The translations under genes were made by a program, and so were the position numbers. From an uncultured delta proteobacterium (GTDB lineage Bacteria; Desulfobacterota; Binatia; UBA9968), in the NCBI GenBank assembly GCA_963755715.1, contig CAVWLW010000050.1, forward strand, positions 137,207-201,206: a DNA stretch of 64,000 bases. Direction: 5' to 3'. Of the stretch, positions 21,460 through 32,987 are shown in pieces (within the stretch, counting starts at the first letter, position 1; every line of letters begins with the position of its first letter). Under the pieces are notes generated by a model. It was not told the DNA's origin. It searched no databases and saw only the letters and a program-made list of their open reading frames with translations.

Positions 21460-22312
21460 CTACGGTTGCAACGTCGGTCGTTCATCGCCGGCGACTTTGG
21501 CGAGCGGCAAATACTCTTTAGCGAAGACTTCGATCGCCTGCGCCAGATCGTTTGCCGTTCGTTCGAGGTTTGCCTGCTTGCGCAAATTGGCGCCGAATTC
21601 CAACTGAATCGCATCGATCTCAGTGCCACGATGGCTACCGTAGGTCTGCGTCGTGTAGCCGCCGACATAGCGACGTTCCTGATCGTCGGGCGGAGCAATG
21701 CGATAACCTTTCACGGCCAGCTGCGCCAAAATGCTCTTCGGACCTGTCAAAGCTGCAGCGCCAAACCGTTGGCGCAACACTGCAACACTCTTGCCGTTGT
21801 TGGTGCCGCGAAAAATCGTGTCCGCTTCCGCCCCTTGGCCATGAATGTCGAGCAGCAGCCCGCTGCCCCACCGTTGCCGAACGCGCGCCGAAGCTTCCTG
21901 GAGCGCGCGATGATAGGCTTCGTAGTACGGTTTGGCGGCGGGAGATTCGAAAGCGCTGTCTTCAGCGCGATTGGCATCGACGAATTTTCTCTCGAAATGA
22001 GCGATCACGAGAAATGGCTTGGCGCCGAGTCTCACGCCCAGCTTGACCGCGAGCAACTCGGCAAGCTCGGCCGTGTTGCTATCTCGCTCGACAGTAAATT
22101 GTGCCACGCCGAGGCCGCGCCGAGGCGCGACTCCTGGAATCGCCAGCCGTCCACCGTGCGGCGCTGCCAATATGATGCGGCAGCATGCCGGCCCAGATGG
22201 TGAGGAAACGCGAAGGTTCTTTATCTGCTTGGGCCCACGCCTGCGCTGGCAAATATAGGCCCAGCGCCAAGAACAAAATTCGCGCCAGTGATTTGACTCG
22301 AAGCATCGCCAT
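21460..22312 (-). CDS. Secreted N-formylglutamate amidohydrolase-like protein, +1 frameshift near 22178
   Basis: APHGG, DANR, LLDIHG, GGYTT, AIQLE. Confidence 0.82.
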
Positions 22313-22470
22313 CGAAGGATTCCGAGTTACATACCGCAAGGCGCGCCGCTCGCGCAACGGTAGCGGCGGAAATTTATCGGCTCGATGCCCGCGGTGCTCT
22401 TGTAGTCCTGAGCGCCGACGATCATAGGTACGAGAGTTGCAGAAATAGGCGTCGATGGATGATGACGATT

Positions 22471-23221
22471 TTATTGTGGCTCGGGCATCTTCGCCGAGAG
22501 TTTTTTCAAAAATTCCGGCGGAAAGGGTTCGGCTTGGAACTCGCGGGCTTTTTTCACTCTGATCCACGCTTCGGAGTAACGTTCCTGATCGTACGAGCGA
22601 CATGGCCCATTCGCGCCAACTAGGGGCAAATTTGGGATCGTTGTCCAAACTCTCGGTGAACCGGGAATTGGCTAAAACAAACTGCTGAGCCCGTTCCAAC
22701 TGCCGATCTGCTGGCAACCGTGCCGCGTACGCTGAATGAACCGCACCCAAATCGCAGAGCAGCGCCACCCGCTGGGTAGGATCCTCGACCAACTCACGGG
22801 CCGTTTCCAAATACTCCAGCGCCTCGGCGAGCTTGCCCTTTTCGCTCAGCACCGCGCCGAATCCCCAGAAGGCGCTATAGTTTTTCGGATTTAACAGCCA
22901 CGCCTGATTGAAGCGCAGCATCGCGAGATCAACTTGCCGCGATCGGACCGCGGCCCAACCCTGCGCCGCAAGCGTGTTGCTCCCCGCCTGCCGGTTGCCA
23001 TAGCGTAGCGTCGAATCGCGGATGAATGCCTCATCGGCTTTTTTAAGATCCTCCGAGCGCGCGATATTCGGCTGACCGAACATCGGCAAGGTGTCCGTCG
23101 AACTGGTGTCGGCGCGCAGAAGCGAGGGCGCGGCGAAAACGAAAATCAGGCAGCATTCAATGATAGCAAGTTGCAAACTGCGCAGTGGGCGCGGCCAAAG
23201 AAATCGGGGTTCACCCTTCAT
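22471..23221 (-). CDS. TPR-repeat protein, +1 frameshift near 22594
   Basis: AMLRFNQAWLLNP..FWGFG TPR; tail YDQERYSEAW..FLKKLSAKMPEPQ in shifted frame. Confidence 0.78.
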
Positions 23222-23331
23222 TAATATTCCACCGTCGAGACAACTAATCTTCCCGTTCCGACCCGGGCTTTCTTGACACCTTAAAACTACTAGGGCTATT
23301 TTGAATACAAATCAAACCGAGGGAGAACGCA

Positions 23332-24102
23332 ATGATAGAAGGATTGAAAGAAAAAGTAGTTATTGTCACCGGCGGCGGCCACGGCATCGGCCGGGCCTAC
23401 TGCCATGGCTTTGCCGAAGCCGGCGCGAAAGTCGTCGTCGCTGACATCGACGCCCCCGCCGCGGAAAAAGTTACCGGCGAAGTCATTCAGCAGTTCGACG
23501 GCAAAGCACTGGCGGCGAAAACCGACGTCGCCAACGAAACGTCGACGCAGGACATGGCCAAACTAGCGCTCGATAAATTCGGTCGCATCGACGTGCTGGT
23601 CAACAACGCAGCGATCTTCGCGACCATTCCGATGAACCGCGGCGGCATCGACACCATCGATCCGGCGGAATGGGACCGCATGATGCTGGTCAACCTGAAA
23701 GGCTTGTTTTTCTGCTGCCGCGCCGTGCTGCCGACGATGCGTCAACAAAAGTCCGGCAAGATCATCAACATCTCTTCCGGCACCGTGCTCAACGGCAGCG
23801 CCGGACGGATTCACTACGTCACTTCGAAAGCCGGCGTGATCGGCTTCACGCGCACGCTCGCGCGCGAGGTCGGCGACGATAACATCAACGTCAACGCCAT
23901 CGCCCCAGGCTCGACGCTGTCGGAAGATAATCCGTCGGAGGAAATTTTGAAAATGCGCGGCGCCCGGGTCGGCGATCGCGCCTTGAAGCGCGTCCAACTG
24001 CCCAAGGATTTGGTTGGCACCATGCTGTTTCTCGCGTCTCCGTTGAGCGATTTCATGACCGGCCAAACTCTGGCCGTGGACGGCGGGGTGGCATTTCTAT
24101 AG
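23332..24102 (+). CDS. SDR oxidoreductase
   Basis: TGGGHGIG, NNAA, YVTSK. Confidence 0.93.
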   Translation: MIEGLKEKVVIVTGGGHGIGRAYCHGFAEAGAKVVVADIDAPAAEKVTGEVIQQFDGKALAAKTDVANETSTQDMAKLALDKFGRIDVLVNNAAIFATIPMNRGGIDTIDPAEWDRMMLVNLKGLFFCCRAVLPTMRQQKSGKIINISSGTVLNGSAGRIHYVTSKAGVIGFTRTLAREVGDDNINVNAIAPGSTLSEDNPSEEILKMRGARVGDRALKRVQLPKDLVGTMLFLASPLSDFMTGQTLAVDGGVAFL

Positions 24103-24116
24103 AAAGATTTGGCGCA

Positions 24117-24938
24117 ATGACCGGATACCAACATCGAACGATCGTCGCCGGCGATATCAAGACTCATTTCCTCGAAGCCGGCAGCGGCCCGGACCTCGTG
24201 TTACTGCACGGCGGCGAGTACGGCGCTTCGGCGGAAATCACTTGGCGCGCGAATATCGAAGCCCTCGCTAAACGTTTCCATGTGATCGCTCCTGACATCC
24301 TCGGCTGGGGCCAGACAGACAAAGTTTATAGCTTCTCAGACCCAGCAGGAATGCGCATCAAACATCTGCAACGATTTTTTGAAACCCTGGGTATCGGTAA
24401 AGCGTATTTCGTCGGCAACTCGGCCGGCGGCGGCGTCATCCTCCGCGCCGTCGTGCGCCAGCCGGCGCCGTTTCAGGTCCAGAAAATGGTGACCATCTGC
24501 GGCAACGCCAGCGTGTTCAAAACAACCTCCCAGGCCGACCTGGAAAACTACACGCCGTCATTGGACAACATGAAAAAGATCGTCGCCTTGCTTTACCACG
24601 ATGCCAAATGGCAAAGCGAACAAAATATCCGCGAGCGCTACGAATCCTCGATCATCCCCGGCGCCTGGGAAGCATTATCCGCCGCGCGATTGCGCAGCCC
24701 CGTGCATCAGGTGCGTTCGACCACGGAGGAATTCATCAAGCAGCTTTCACAGCTCAATATCCCGCTACTGATCATGTCCTGCGAGCATGATCCGCTCAAT
24801 CAGCGTGACTGGGACGTCAACTTTCAAAAAATCGTCCCAGGCTCGAAGATTCACCGATTCATGCACTCCGCGCATGAGCCGCAGATCGAAGAGACTGAAG
24901 AATTCAACCGGGTGCTGATAGAGTTTCTGCTTGGCTAA
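24117..24938 (+). CDS. Alpha/beta hydrolase (meta-cleavage product hydrolase-like)
   Basis: LLHGG, PDILGWG, GNSAGG, SAHEPQIE. Confidence 0.88.
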   Translation: MTGYQHRTIVAGDIKTHFLEAGSGPDLVLLHGGEYGASAEITWRANIEALAKRFHVIAPDILGWGQTDKVYSFSDPAGMRIKHLQRFFETLGIGKAYFVGNSAGGGVILRAVVRQPAPFQVQKMVTICGNASVFKTTSQADLENYTPSLDNMKKIVALLYHDAKWQSEQNIRERYESSIIPGAWEALSAARLRSPVHQVRSTTEEFIKQLSQLNIPLLIMSCEHDPLNQRDWDVNFQKIVPGSKIHRFMHSAHEPQIEETEEFNRVLIEFLLG

Positions 24939-24959
24939 CGATCCGCTTCGGGGGAATCA

Positions 24960-25958
24960 ATGGCTCGGTTTCGCCTGAATTTAATCGCGATTCTCGCCTT
25001 CCTATTATTCCATCACTCTACTGCTCCAGCCTTTGCCCAACTGACCCGACTCAAAACCTCCTACAGCGCGCTCACCGCGAATATGGCCGCCTATTGGCTG
25101 GCCAAAGACGCCAAGATTTTTGAAAAGCATGGATTGAGTGTCGACGTCGTGTTGATCGAAAGCGGCGTCACCACCGTCCAGGCATTAACCGCTGGCGAAA
25201 CTCAGATCGCCATGGGCGGCGGCACGGTCGCCGTAAGCAGCAACCTCGCCGGCAGCGACATCGTGTCCATCGCTAGTATCGAGAGCCGGTTGCCCTACGC
25301 GCTGCTCGCGCAAAAGGAAATCAAAACCATCGATCAGCTGAAAGGCAAGCGCCTGGCGGTTTCCCGTTTCGGCAGCGCTTCGGATCTCGCCGCCCGCCTC
25401 ATCTTGCAGCGTTACGGCTTGGTTCCCGACAAGGACGTTACAATCCTTCAAACCGGCGGCACGAGCACGCGCTTATCCGCACTGAGCAAACGCAGCATCG
25501 ACAGCACTGTTCTCACGCCGGAATTTTTCAACATCGGCAAAAAGGCCGGCTTCACGATTCTCGCCGATCCGACGCAATACGATATTCCGTTCCCTCAACT
25601 CGAAGTGATCACCACCCGAGCCTTTCTCAAAGCCCAGCCGGACCTGGCGACCCGCTATCTGCGAGCGATCATCGAAGGCATTTACATGGTCAAGAATAAT
25701 CCCGAGCCGAGCATTCGCGCGATGAGCAAATATCTGAGAATCGACGACCGCGAAGCATTGGAAGAAGTTTATCGCCTCTATCGCGAAATTTATCCACCAG
25801 TGCCGCATCCCTCGCCCGCTGCGATTCAAACCCAGCTCACCTGGATGGCGGAGAAAGATCCGCGAGCGAAAGCGGCCAAGCCAGAACAATTTATCGACGG
25901 CTCTATTTTACGCGAGATCGAGAAAAGCGGGTTCGTCGCGAAGCTATATCAGAAATGA
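24960..25958 (+). CDS. ABC substrate-binding protein, NMT1/SsuA family
   Basis: LKGKRLAVSRFGSASD, EIEKSGFVAKLY. Confidence 0.9.
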   Translation: MARFRLNLIAILAFLLFHHSTAPAFAQLTRLKTSYSALTANMAAYWLAKDAKIFEKHGLSVDVVLIESGVTTVQALTAGETQIAMGGGTVAVSSNLAGSDIVSIASIESRLPYALLAQKEIKTIDQLKGKRLAVSRFGSASDLAARLILQRYGLVPDKDVTILQTGGTSTRLSALSKRSIDSTVLTPEFFNIGKKAGFTILADPTQYDIPFPQLEVITTRAFLKAQPDLATRYLRAIIEGIYMVKNNPEPSIRAMSKYLRIDDREALEEVYRLYREIYPPVPHPSPAAIQTQLTWMAEKDPRAKAAKPEQFIDGSILREIEKSGFVAKLYQK

Positions 25959-26013
25959 GCGAGGTGGAGTTGCTTAGGCTCCGCCTCGCTTATCTATCAC
26001 CCAAGACGCCGTA

Positions 26014-26614
26014 TCACTTCGCCTTCCGAAGCACTTTCACGAAACCGAACATTTGAAATTCTCCAGTGGAAGTAACAAAATGATTTTTGCGCGCACAAAT
26101 CACCAGATAGGTACCGGGCTTTGAGAACTGCACTACTTCGACGCCGTCGCGCCGAGACGCAGAAGCAACTGGAGGGTAGCCGCGCGTACTGAAGCATGGC
26201 CCCCGGTAAATTCGTCTAATAGAGTCATTAAGAACTCCACCGGCGTTAGTAGCACAACTTATTCACCGAGTGTGGCAGTTCCACTTCTATATTAGTTGTA
26301 TTGATCTCCCAGGTTTGGTTCGGTCATCATATATGGCCAGGACGTGTTGACCGCTAATGATAAAATTGACCGCGTCGCCTGCCTTTATATGACATTGTCG
26401 GGTATAAGTAGTCATTTACACCCACACCTCCAGTCAGGTCGCCAACTAGCCGATCCAGCGGCGCTGAGAGGTCAGGATCATTCGGGTCCCACTGGCCAAA
26501 GCTGACGGTTACATTCTTCCCGCGATCTTTGTCATCCGCCCTTGCCGAGGAAGCGCTCAAGGCGATTCCACAGAAAGTCAAAATCCCGATCATCGAGATT
26601 ATCGAACGTTTCAT
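26014..26614 (-). pseudogene. Disrupted secreted cupredoxin-like (type-1 Cu) protein
   Basis: Signal peptide; GDAVNFIISGQH in a second frame; C-terminus PGTYLVICARKNHF...MFGFVKV with Cys/His/Met ligands; several frame breaks at 26200-26400. Confidence 0.65.
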
Positions 26615-26810
26615 CTGTTTCTCCTCACCTTTTTCAAACCAATTTACGTTGTGTCGTCCATAACGAACTCCGTGCCGCGCGCCATTCGCCCCCTCGAAGG
26701 CCACGGAAAACCTTCGGGAGGCTACGTTCAAACAACTTGGCTCGGCTCCGAGAATCGCATTTCTCCATCGTTTAACTCCTTCCTTGCCAATGAATGAGGG
26801 AAGCGACTAC

Positions 26811-27747
26811 CTACTGCGGACGGGTCGCCTCTCCTGTTAGAATCTGTTGCAGGGCACCCTCGATCTCCCGTGCGGTCACGAGCCCCTCGAACTTCGCTCG
26901 GATGATCCCTTTCCCATCGACCAGAAATACCCAAGGCTCGGTGTCAAGCCGCCACTCTTCCACCGTCGGAAACATTTTTTTCTCGGCAAAGTCCTGCCAA
27001 ATTTCCTGATGAATAAAGGCCATCCGCTTGCCGTAGGTCGGGAGCAGCGACCGCACGATATCGACAACGGGACCGCACATGCGGCTGGTGCAGAACTGCG
27101 GCGTGGCGAACACGATCAGTTGCGGCTTGCCCTGGGCGATAGCGTCGGCAATCCGAACTTGGTGAAGCCTAACATCCGGCTTCTGGCTGGTATCGATCTG
27201 ACGTAAATTCTTGACATCGCGGGCAATGAGATTGCGGCTGCGCGGCGCGGCCGAGCCGACGGCCGGAGTCGCCGGCTTATCCAGCACCGTAACGGCGAAC
27301 CGCGCTGTTTTCGGCGAATCACTTGGCTCGCCAATGAGTAGTTCAATCCCCCAATTACCGGAACGCGCAAAGTCGACTTGGGCGACGTATAAACCTTGAA
27401 CACCGGACTCGTCACCGTGCACATGGTCGGTGCCGTCTGCATGGCGATGCACGGAAGATTTCTGGTTTATTTTCTGGATAGCTTGATACGGCACTTTTAA
27501 TTCCGAAGTTGGTCGACCTTCCGCCCGCTCAAGGTCATAGGTCCGCAAAGTAACTTCTGCATTCTCGACCAGCTTGTTTTCATATAACAGCCCGAACGCA
27601 AAGCGATTCATACCGATAACCAATTCGGAAGTCGTAATCATAGGCTGAATCTCTGCACCGAGTGCCGCGCTCAGCGTTAACTGGTACAGACCGGAAAATG
27701 CTCCAGAGGCTTATAAGGAAAAAAATCGTTGCAGCGAATGGCTTCAT
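26811..27747 (-). CDS. Secreted protein with C-terminal thioredoxin-like domain, +1 frameshift near 27697
   Basis: FATPQFCTSRMCGP, TEPWVFLVDGKG; signal peptide in shifted frame. Confidence 0.78.
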
Positions 27748-28029
27748 GCGCCTCCCGAGATTCCAAAAACAATCGCGATCCGACTTAATGAAAAAAGAAG
27801 GAGTTGGCAACGCTCCCGAAAGTTTCGAATTTGACAGACGAAACGGTAGGCCACAGTGCATGGGTCGAGCGGAAGTCGTCAACTGTAAAGTCGATGCAAC
27901 TTATCACTTTGTTGACACCCGTGTCACCAAAAAAATTACGCCCCAAGTGAGTTTAAGATTTGCGCCACGTTTGGGAATGACGAACGTGACGCCAAGTGGC
28001 TGGCAGCAACTGTCGTTTAACGGTCCGAA

Positions 28030-29464
28030 TCAGCCCAAGGCGATCTCCGGTCGTCGTCGACCGAAGCCTGTCGCCCGTTCGAAGGCATGGGCGAGTTGTA
28101 AGACTCCGCGATCATCACGATACCGGCCGACGATTTGCATTCCCACCGGCAAATCATCGGAGGTAAATCCGGCGGGGACGGAAATCGCAGGACAGAAAGT
28201 CGCGCTGATCCAATACGCAGATTTCATCCAGGAGAGATAGTTTTCCATCTTCACGCCGTCGATCTCGCGCGGCCATGTTATCGTCGCATCGAAGGGCGGC
28301 ACCTGATTGACCGCGCAGAGAAGAAATTCGTACTTTTCCTGGAACACGTGCATGCGCTGCATCAGCTCACCGTGGCGAGCCATCGCGTTGGCAACGTCAG
28401 CGCCGCTGAGTGATTTGCCCAATTCAATTTGCCAGACCGCTTCCGGCTTCATTTCGTGCCGATGGTGATCTAACAGCGGGCCGAGCGTGTGCCAGTAATT
28501 CCATGCGCGCAAGGTCAGAAAGACTTCCTCCGCGCCGCTTAGATCGGGACAAGCGTTCTCAACGATGCAGCCAAGATCGATAAATGTCTTCCGCTGCGCT
28601 TCCAACACTGAGCGAACACGCCGGTCGAGTGGCAAACCGCCCAAATCGGGGCACCAGGCAACTCGCACGTTTTTAAACTCGCGATCCAAAGGCTTGCTAA
28701 AAATACTTGGCTCCGACGGATAAGTAGCCGGGTCGCGCGGATCGGCTCCCGCCATGACACTGAGCAGAAAAGCGACGTCGGCCACTGACCGCGCCATCGG
28801 CCCTTTCACGGAAAATCCGAAAAACGGCAGCGCCGTCGGCGCGGAGGACACGAGACCGACGGTCGGCCGAAGCGCGACGATATTGTTGAAGTTGGCGGGA
28901 TTTCTCAGCGAGCCGCCGAGATCGCTGCCGCTTGCAAGCGGCAGCAAGCCTGCGGCCAGCGCTGCGCCAGCGCCGCCGCTCGAACCGCCGGCGCTTTTCG
29001 TTAAATCGTACGGATTCAATGTGACGCCGTAAACGTCGTTGTAAGTGTGCGAGCCCATGCCGAACTCGGAGACATTGGTCTTGCCGATAGGAATGACACC
29101 GCGCTTTACGCAAGCGCTCGACAACAGACGAGTCTTCGCCCGGCATAAAATCTTTAAAGATCTTCGAACCGCGCGTCATCGGAAAACCGACTGCAGGGTC
29201 TAAATCTTTGAAAGCGAATGGCAAACCGTGCAGCGGCCCCACTTCGTCGCCGCGCGCCAGACGCCGATCGGCGTCATCGGCGAGCGCGAGACACTTGTCG
29301 TCATCGAGTTTCGCAACGATCGCGTTTATTCTTGGATTGAGTCGTTCGATCTGCCGTAGGAATGCGTCCATGACCTCGTGCGCAGAAATTCTTTTGTGAC
29401 GGATCGAGTCCGCCAGGTCGCGGGCGCCCATGAAGCATATTTCGTTTTCCGTAAGAACGGTCAT
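28030..29464 (-). CDS. Amidase-signature enzyme, +1 frameshift near 29102
   Basis: GPLHGLPFAFKD; GGSSGG; GSDLGGSLRNPA. Confidence 0.9.
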
Positions 29465-29632
29465 GAGTCACCCGCCGACAAAGACGAGACGCTAATTCCG
29501 CGCAACGTTTGACGGTAGATACTTCGGTTAATTAGACTGACGATGTCCGGAACCGATGTGTCATTTCGACCGAAGGGAGAAATCCTTCTTGTTTTGCCGA
29601 ACTTGTCGAACGCGATATTCCGACAGTTAACG

Positions 29633-30178
29633 CTAAATCCCCGGTTCCTTCACACCGACGGGAGGCTGGGCCATATTCTTGGAAATCACCTCGATGTCCC
29701 ACAGCCTGGAAAACTTGAGCGCGCGCGGGCAGTGACTGTAGGACTCGTCGACATCGAGCAGCAAGCCTTGCAACACTTCCGCTTTTTCATCAGGGTCGAA
29801 AACTTCAAGGCTGGTGCCGTTCAAATCCGCTCTTTCGATAACCTTGACTTTGCCGTTGATCCTGACCGTATTGTTGTGCCCTGGAATAAAAAATATCAGC
29901 CCGACTTGAGGATTGGATTCGATATTCCCATAGCCGTGGAAGAGCTTGTTGCCCGCGACATCGGGGATGAACAATTGCTTGTCGTTGAGGACCTTCACGA
30001 ATCCCGGCATGCCGCCCTTGGGCGACGCGTCGCAATCGCCTTTGGCGTTGCTCGTCGCCATCACACAAAACGGCGAGTGCCTGATAAAATCTTGAATCCA
30101 CGCTGCCATGTGCGGCCGCACTTTTCCCTTCGTTCGTTCCACTGGATAACCAAACTTATCTTGATATTTAGTGCTCAT
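29633..30178 (-). CDS. Pyridoxamine 5'-phosphate oxidase-like FMN-binding protein (MSMEG_1061-like)
   Basis: DASPKGG..PDVAGN..HCPRA. Confidence 0.85.
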   Translation of the reverse strand: MSTKYQDKFGYPVERTKGKVRPHMAAWIQDFIRHSPFCVMATSNAKGDCDASPKGGMPGFVKVLNDKQLFIPDVAGNKLFHGYGNIESNPQVGLIFFIPGHNNTVRINGKVKVIERADLNGTSLEVFDPDEKAEVLQGLLLDVDESYSHCPRALKFSRLWDIEVISKNMAQPPVGVKEPGI

Positions 30179-30200
30179 GGCCGTTCCTTTTAAAGTAGCT

Positions 30201-30902
30201 TCACCGTTTTCTGCTGAGCTCCGAAAGCAACTCTAGTTGGATTTCTTGGATTTGCGCAAGCCGCTCCCACTGATGGGACAAGAGATGGTCTACTTTTTCG
30301 TGCAGATGGCGGATTTCCAGCTCGGCTTTTAAGTTCACCTGGTAATCGTGTTGAGAACGCAAGCGGTCTTTGGCCTCCTGGCGATTTTGGCTCATCATAA
30401 TTACCGGAGCTTGAATCGCCGCCAAGCAGGAAAGAATCAAGTTCAGCAATATGTACGGATAGGGATCAGGCGGCCGGACATACAAAACGAATGAGTTAAA
30501 TCCGATCCAGAGCACTAAAAATCCGGCAAAGCAGATGAGAAAGGTCCAACTGCCTCCGAACGTGGCGATCCTATCTGCCAAACGCTCGCCCAGAGTCCAA
30601 TCTCCCTCGAACTCCGTATCGACGTTCTTTGACAACGTTTCATGGTCGCGCAAGCTGTGCACGACCTCCTGTTCCAAAGTACTCAGCTCACCCTTCTCGG
30701 ACGCTAATAGGGAATGAACATACTGTGCCCGGTAGCGGTTGAGATCCGGTCGGCAAATGAACTTTTCCTGGGACCAGTCCGGGTGCTCGCGCGCGATCTC
30801 ATTCGCGATCAGGTCGCGAACGGCGATCCCCGGGACTAAGTCGCGCAAGGCAAAGCTCTTGCCGCAGACAGAACAGACTTTGGATTCTTTGGCGTTGGCC
30901 AT
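30201..30902 (-). CDS. DUF1003 membrane protein
   Basis: LADRIATFGGSW, DPYPYILLNL, QAPVIMMSQNRQ. Confidence 0.9.
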   Translation of the reverse strand: MANAKESKVCSVCGKSFALRDLVPGIAVRDLIANEIAREHPDWSQEKFICRPDLNRYRAQYVHSLLASEKGELSTLEQEVVHSLRDHETLSKNVDTEFEGDWTLGERLADRIATFGGSWTFLICFAGFLVLWIGFNSFVLYVRPPDPYPYILLNLILSCLAAIQAPVIMMSQNRQEAKDRLRSQHDYQVNLKAELEIRHLHEKVDHLLSHQWERLAQIQEIQLELLSELSRKR

Positions 30903-30937
30903 AGGGCGGCGAGATCCAGGCAGCAATCGAACAACTG

Positions 30938-31492
30938 TTATTTCTTCTCCAGGAACGTTAACCGCTCCGCCATCGGTGTTTCGGGGAAAACGTAACCGCA
31001 GGCGCGGCAAGTGCGAAGCTTCGGGTCAGCGTTGAATTCAGCGTAGACGGCCGATACTTGCGACGGAATATTTCCTTGATTGACCACGCGCGACAACACC
31101 GGCTCGTCACAATTTTCGCAAAACCAAACGAACTCTTCCTGCTCTTCGTCGCGCCGTTTGCGCTCGATAACCAAACCCCAGGTATTTTCAAAGCGCCGCG
31201 GCGAATGCGGCAACCCGCCCGGACAGACGAAGATCTCCCCTTCTTTGATCTGGATGACCTGCCGGCGCTCCCCTTCCGGCTTGAGCACCAACTCCATCTC
31301 GCCTTCGACTTGGTAAAAGAATTCATCCCCGGGGTCGATATGAAAATCGAGCCGCGTGTTCGGCCCGCGCAGAATCATGACTAGAAATCTTTGTGATGAA
31401 CTAGCAGTTTGTTCGTGCGAAACGGAGGATTGAACAAGCTGCGCGTTGTCTTTAACCCACTTCCTCAAATGAAATGTCGAGAGAATGTCCAT
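30938..31492 (-). CDS. nbaC: 3-hydroxyanthranilate 3,4-dioxygenase-like
   Basis: GPNTRLDFH..EFFYQ..PHSP..GLVIER; rubredoxin-like CENC/CRAC. Confidence 0.85.
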   Translation of the reverse strand: MDILSTFHLRKWVKDNAQLVQSSVSHEQTASSSQRFLVMILRGPNTRLDFHIDPGDEFFYQVEGEMELVLKPEGERRQVIQIKEGEIFVCPGGLPHSPRRFENTWGLVIERKRRDEEQEEFVWFCENCDEPVLSRVVNQGNIPSQVSAVYAEFNADPKLRTCRACGYVFPETPMAERLTFLEKK

Positions 31493-31625
31493 GACGATAC
31501 CTCGATCGAGCTACCTGAATGCAACCGATCTCCTTTGCGTTCTTTGCGCGACGATTTTTTCTCTTCCGCTTCTTTCGCCCAGGCACGATAAATCGCCTGC
31601 CTTGTGCCCTTTGCGGTTGATACTC

Positions 31626-32399
31626 TTACTTCAGCTTCCCGCACTCCCGAGCCACCCCATCGGTCAGGGCCCACCAGATCGACAGGCCTTTGCGCAGGGC
31701 TTTGAGCACGCGGACCTGCAACTCGTTGGTTGTGGCGAACTGCTCCACTAGCTCATAGCCGATATTGCTATGCTCCGTATCGGCTTCGCCGTGCTCGGCG
31801 AAAAATTCGATATCGTGCGGCTTTAAACCGTAATGATCGCGGAACGCTCTGAAGAATTTGCCGCCGGTGAGCTGGTTCGAGAACTCATTGCAGCAATTCG
31901 TCGACGCGACTTGTTCCAAAATGTGGTTACTGCGCAGCGCGATGTCGAGCCAACCGATGCGAGCAAGAACCGTGGTCGGCAAGAAGTCTTCTTCCACCTC
32001 GCAGCGTTCCAACTCTGCGCCTGGGATACCGATGCTCTCGCCGAAGCGAAGAAATAGCGCGCGATGGCCTAGCACTGGGCGCGGCGAGCCTTCGAAATAG
32101 GTATAGCCGACTTCAGAATGAATGATATCGACGAATTTCTTATGGATTTCCGGATCGTGGATGCCGGATAACTGACAACGCACCAATTTGGCGGTGTTGA
32201 TTGCAACGTTGTAAGCGAAGATTCCCCAGGCTTCCTTGGCCCAGATCCTAACCGCCTCCAACGGCAACTTACCGTCATAGAGATCCATGTAGAACGGATG
32301 ATGCAGGCGCGCGTGGCCGTTCTTCACTTCATTTACCAACACGTCGCAAAATTCTTTCGCTCCTAAGGTTTTTCCGTTCAATACCGCTTCAGCCGACAT
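31626..32399 (-). CDS. Heme-oxygenase-like diiron oxidase (PqqC/TenA/CADD superfamily)
   Basis: HPFY, E...H(RALF), E, FFAEHGEADTEH ligand pattern. Confidence 0.82.
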   Translation of the reverse strand: MSAEAVLNGKTLGAKEFCDVLVNEVKNGHARLHHPFYMDLYDGKLPLEAVRIWAKEAWGIFAYNVAINTAKLVRCQLSGIHDPEIHKKFVDIIHSEVGYTYFEGSPRPVLGHRALFLRFGESIGIPGAELERCEVEEDFLPTTVLARIGWLDIALRSNHILEQVASTNCCNEFSNQLTGGKFFRAFRDHYGLKPHDIEFFAEHGEADTEHSNIGYELVEQFATTNELQVRVLKALRKGLSIWWALTDGVARECGKLK

Positions 32400-32421
32400 G
32401 CATCACCTCTGGATCATAATC

Positions 32422-32859
32422 TCACGACTTGCGTCGTTTTCGGTGGTCGAATTTAAACTTATTCGCGTTGCACGCGATCTCGACCCGATTGCCATCAGGA
32501 TCGAGAAAACTGATCGAGCGATTACCGGCCACGACTAATGTCTCCGGCCCGCTGACAACGGGAATCTTACGGCGCTTCAAAACAGGATGGAGTTTATCGA
32601 TGATGTCGTTCCTATCGACGTAAATGCAGAAATGGTGCACCTTCGCCGCTCCCTTGCCAGACACGTGTCGCACACCCTTCGGCAGCGCCTGCAGCGCGAT
32701 GTCGTGATGCTCTCTGCCGTAGCTCATGAAAGTCATCTTCGTGTCGAGATTGCGCGCAGAAACTCTGAGACCGAGGATCGAGCGATAAAATTGTTCCGAC
32801 TTCTTGAGATCGGCGACGTTGAGCACGATGTGGCCGAGCGCACCGTTTTGGATTTTCAT
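32422..32859 (-). CDS. VOC/glyoxalase family protein
   Basis: GHIVLNV, HHDIAL, FLDPDGNRVE. Confidence 0.88.
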   Translation of the reverse strand: MKIQNGALGHIVLNVADLKKSEQFYRSILGLRVSARNLDTKMTFMSYGREHHDIALQALPKGVRHVSGKGAAKVHHFCIYVDRNDIIDKLHPVLKRRKIPVVSGPETLVVAGNRSISFLDPDGNRVEIACNANKFKFDHRKRRKS

Positions 32860-32987
32860 AGGAGGCACTACTAAATAACGACGCCCGATTTCTGTCAAGG
32901 CGCGACCGCCGCTTTGACTAATCGATTGACAATCTTTTCGCGAATACGACATAGTTTGGCCGGATCCAACGAAAAGGAAATAAGCTG

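Noticed and set aside
21466-22203. Long antisense or alternate-frame ORFs (also 5852, 8915, 11753, 17383, 29543)
   Set aside because: Shadows of GC-rich real genes, with no motifs
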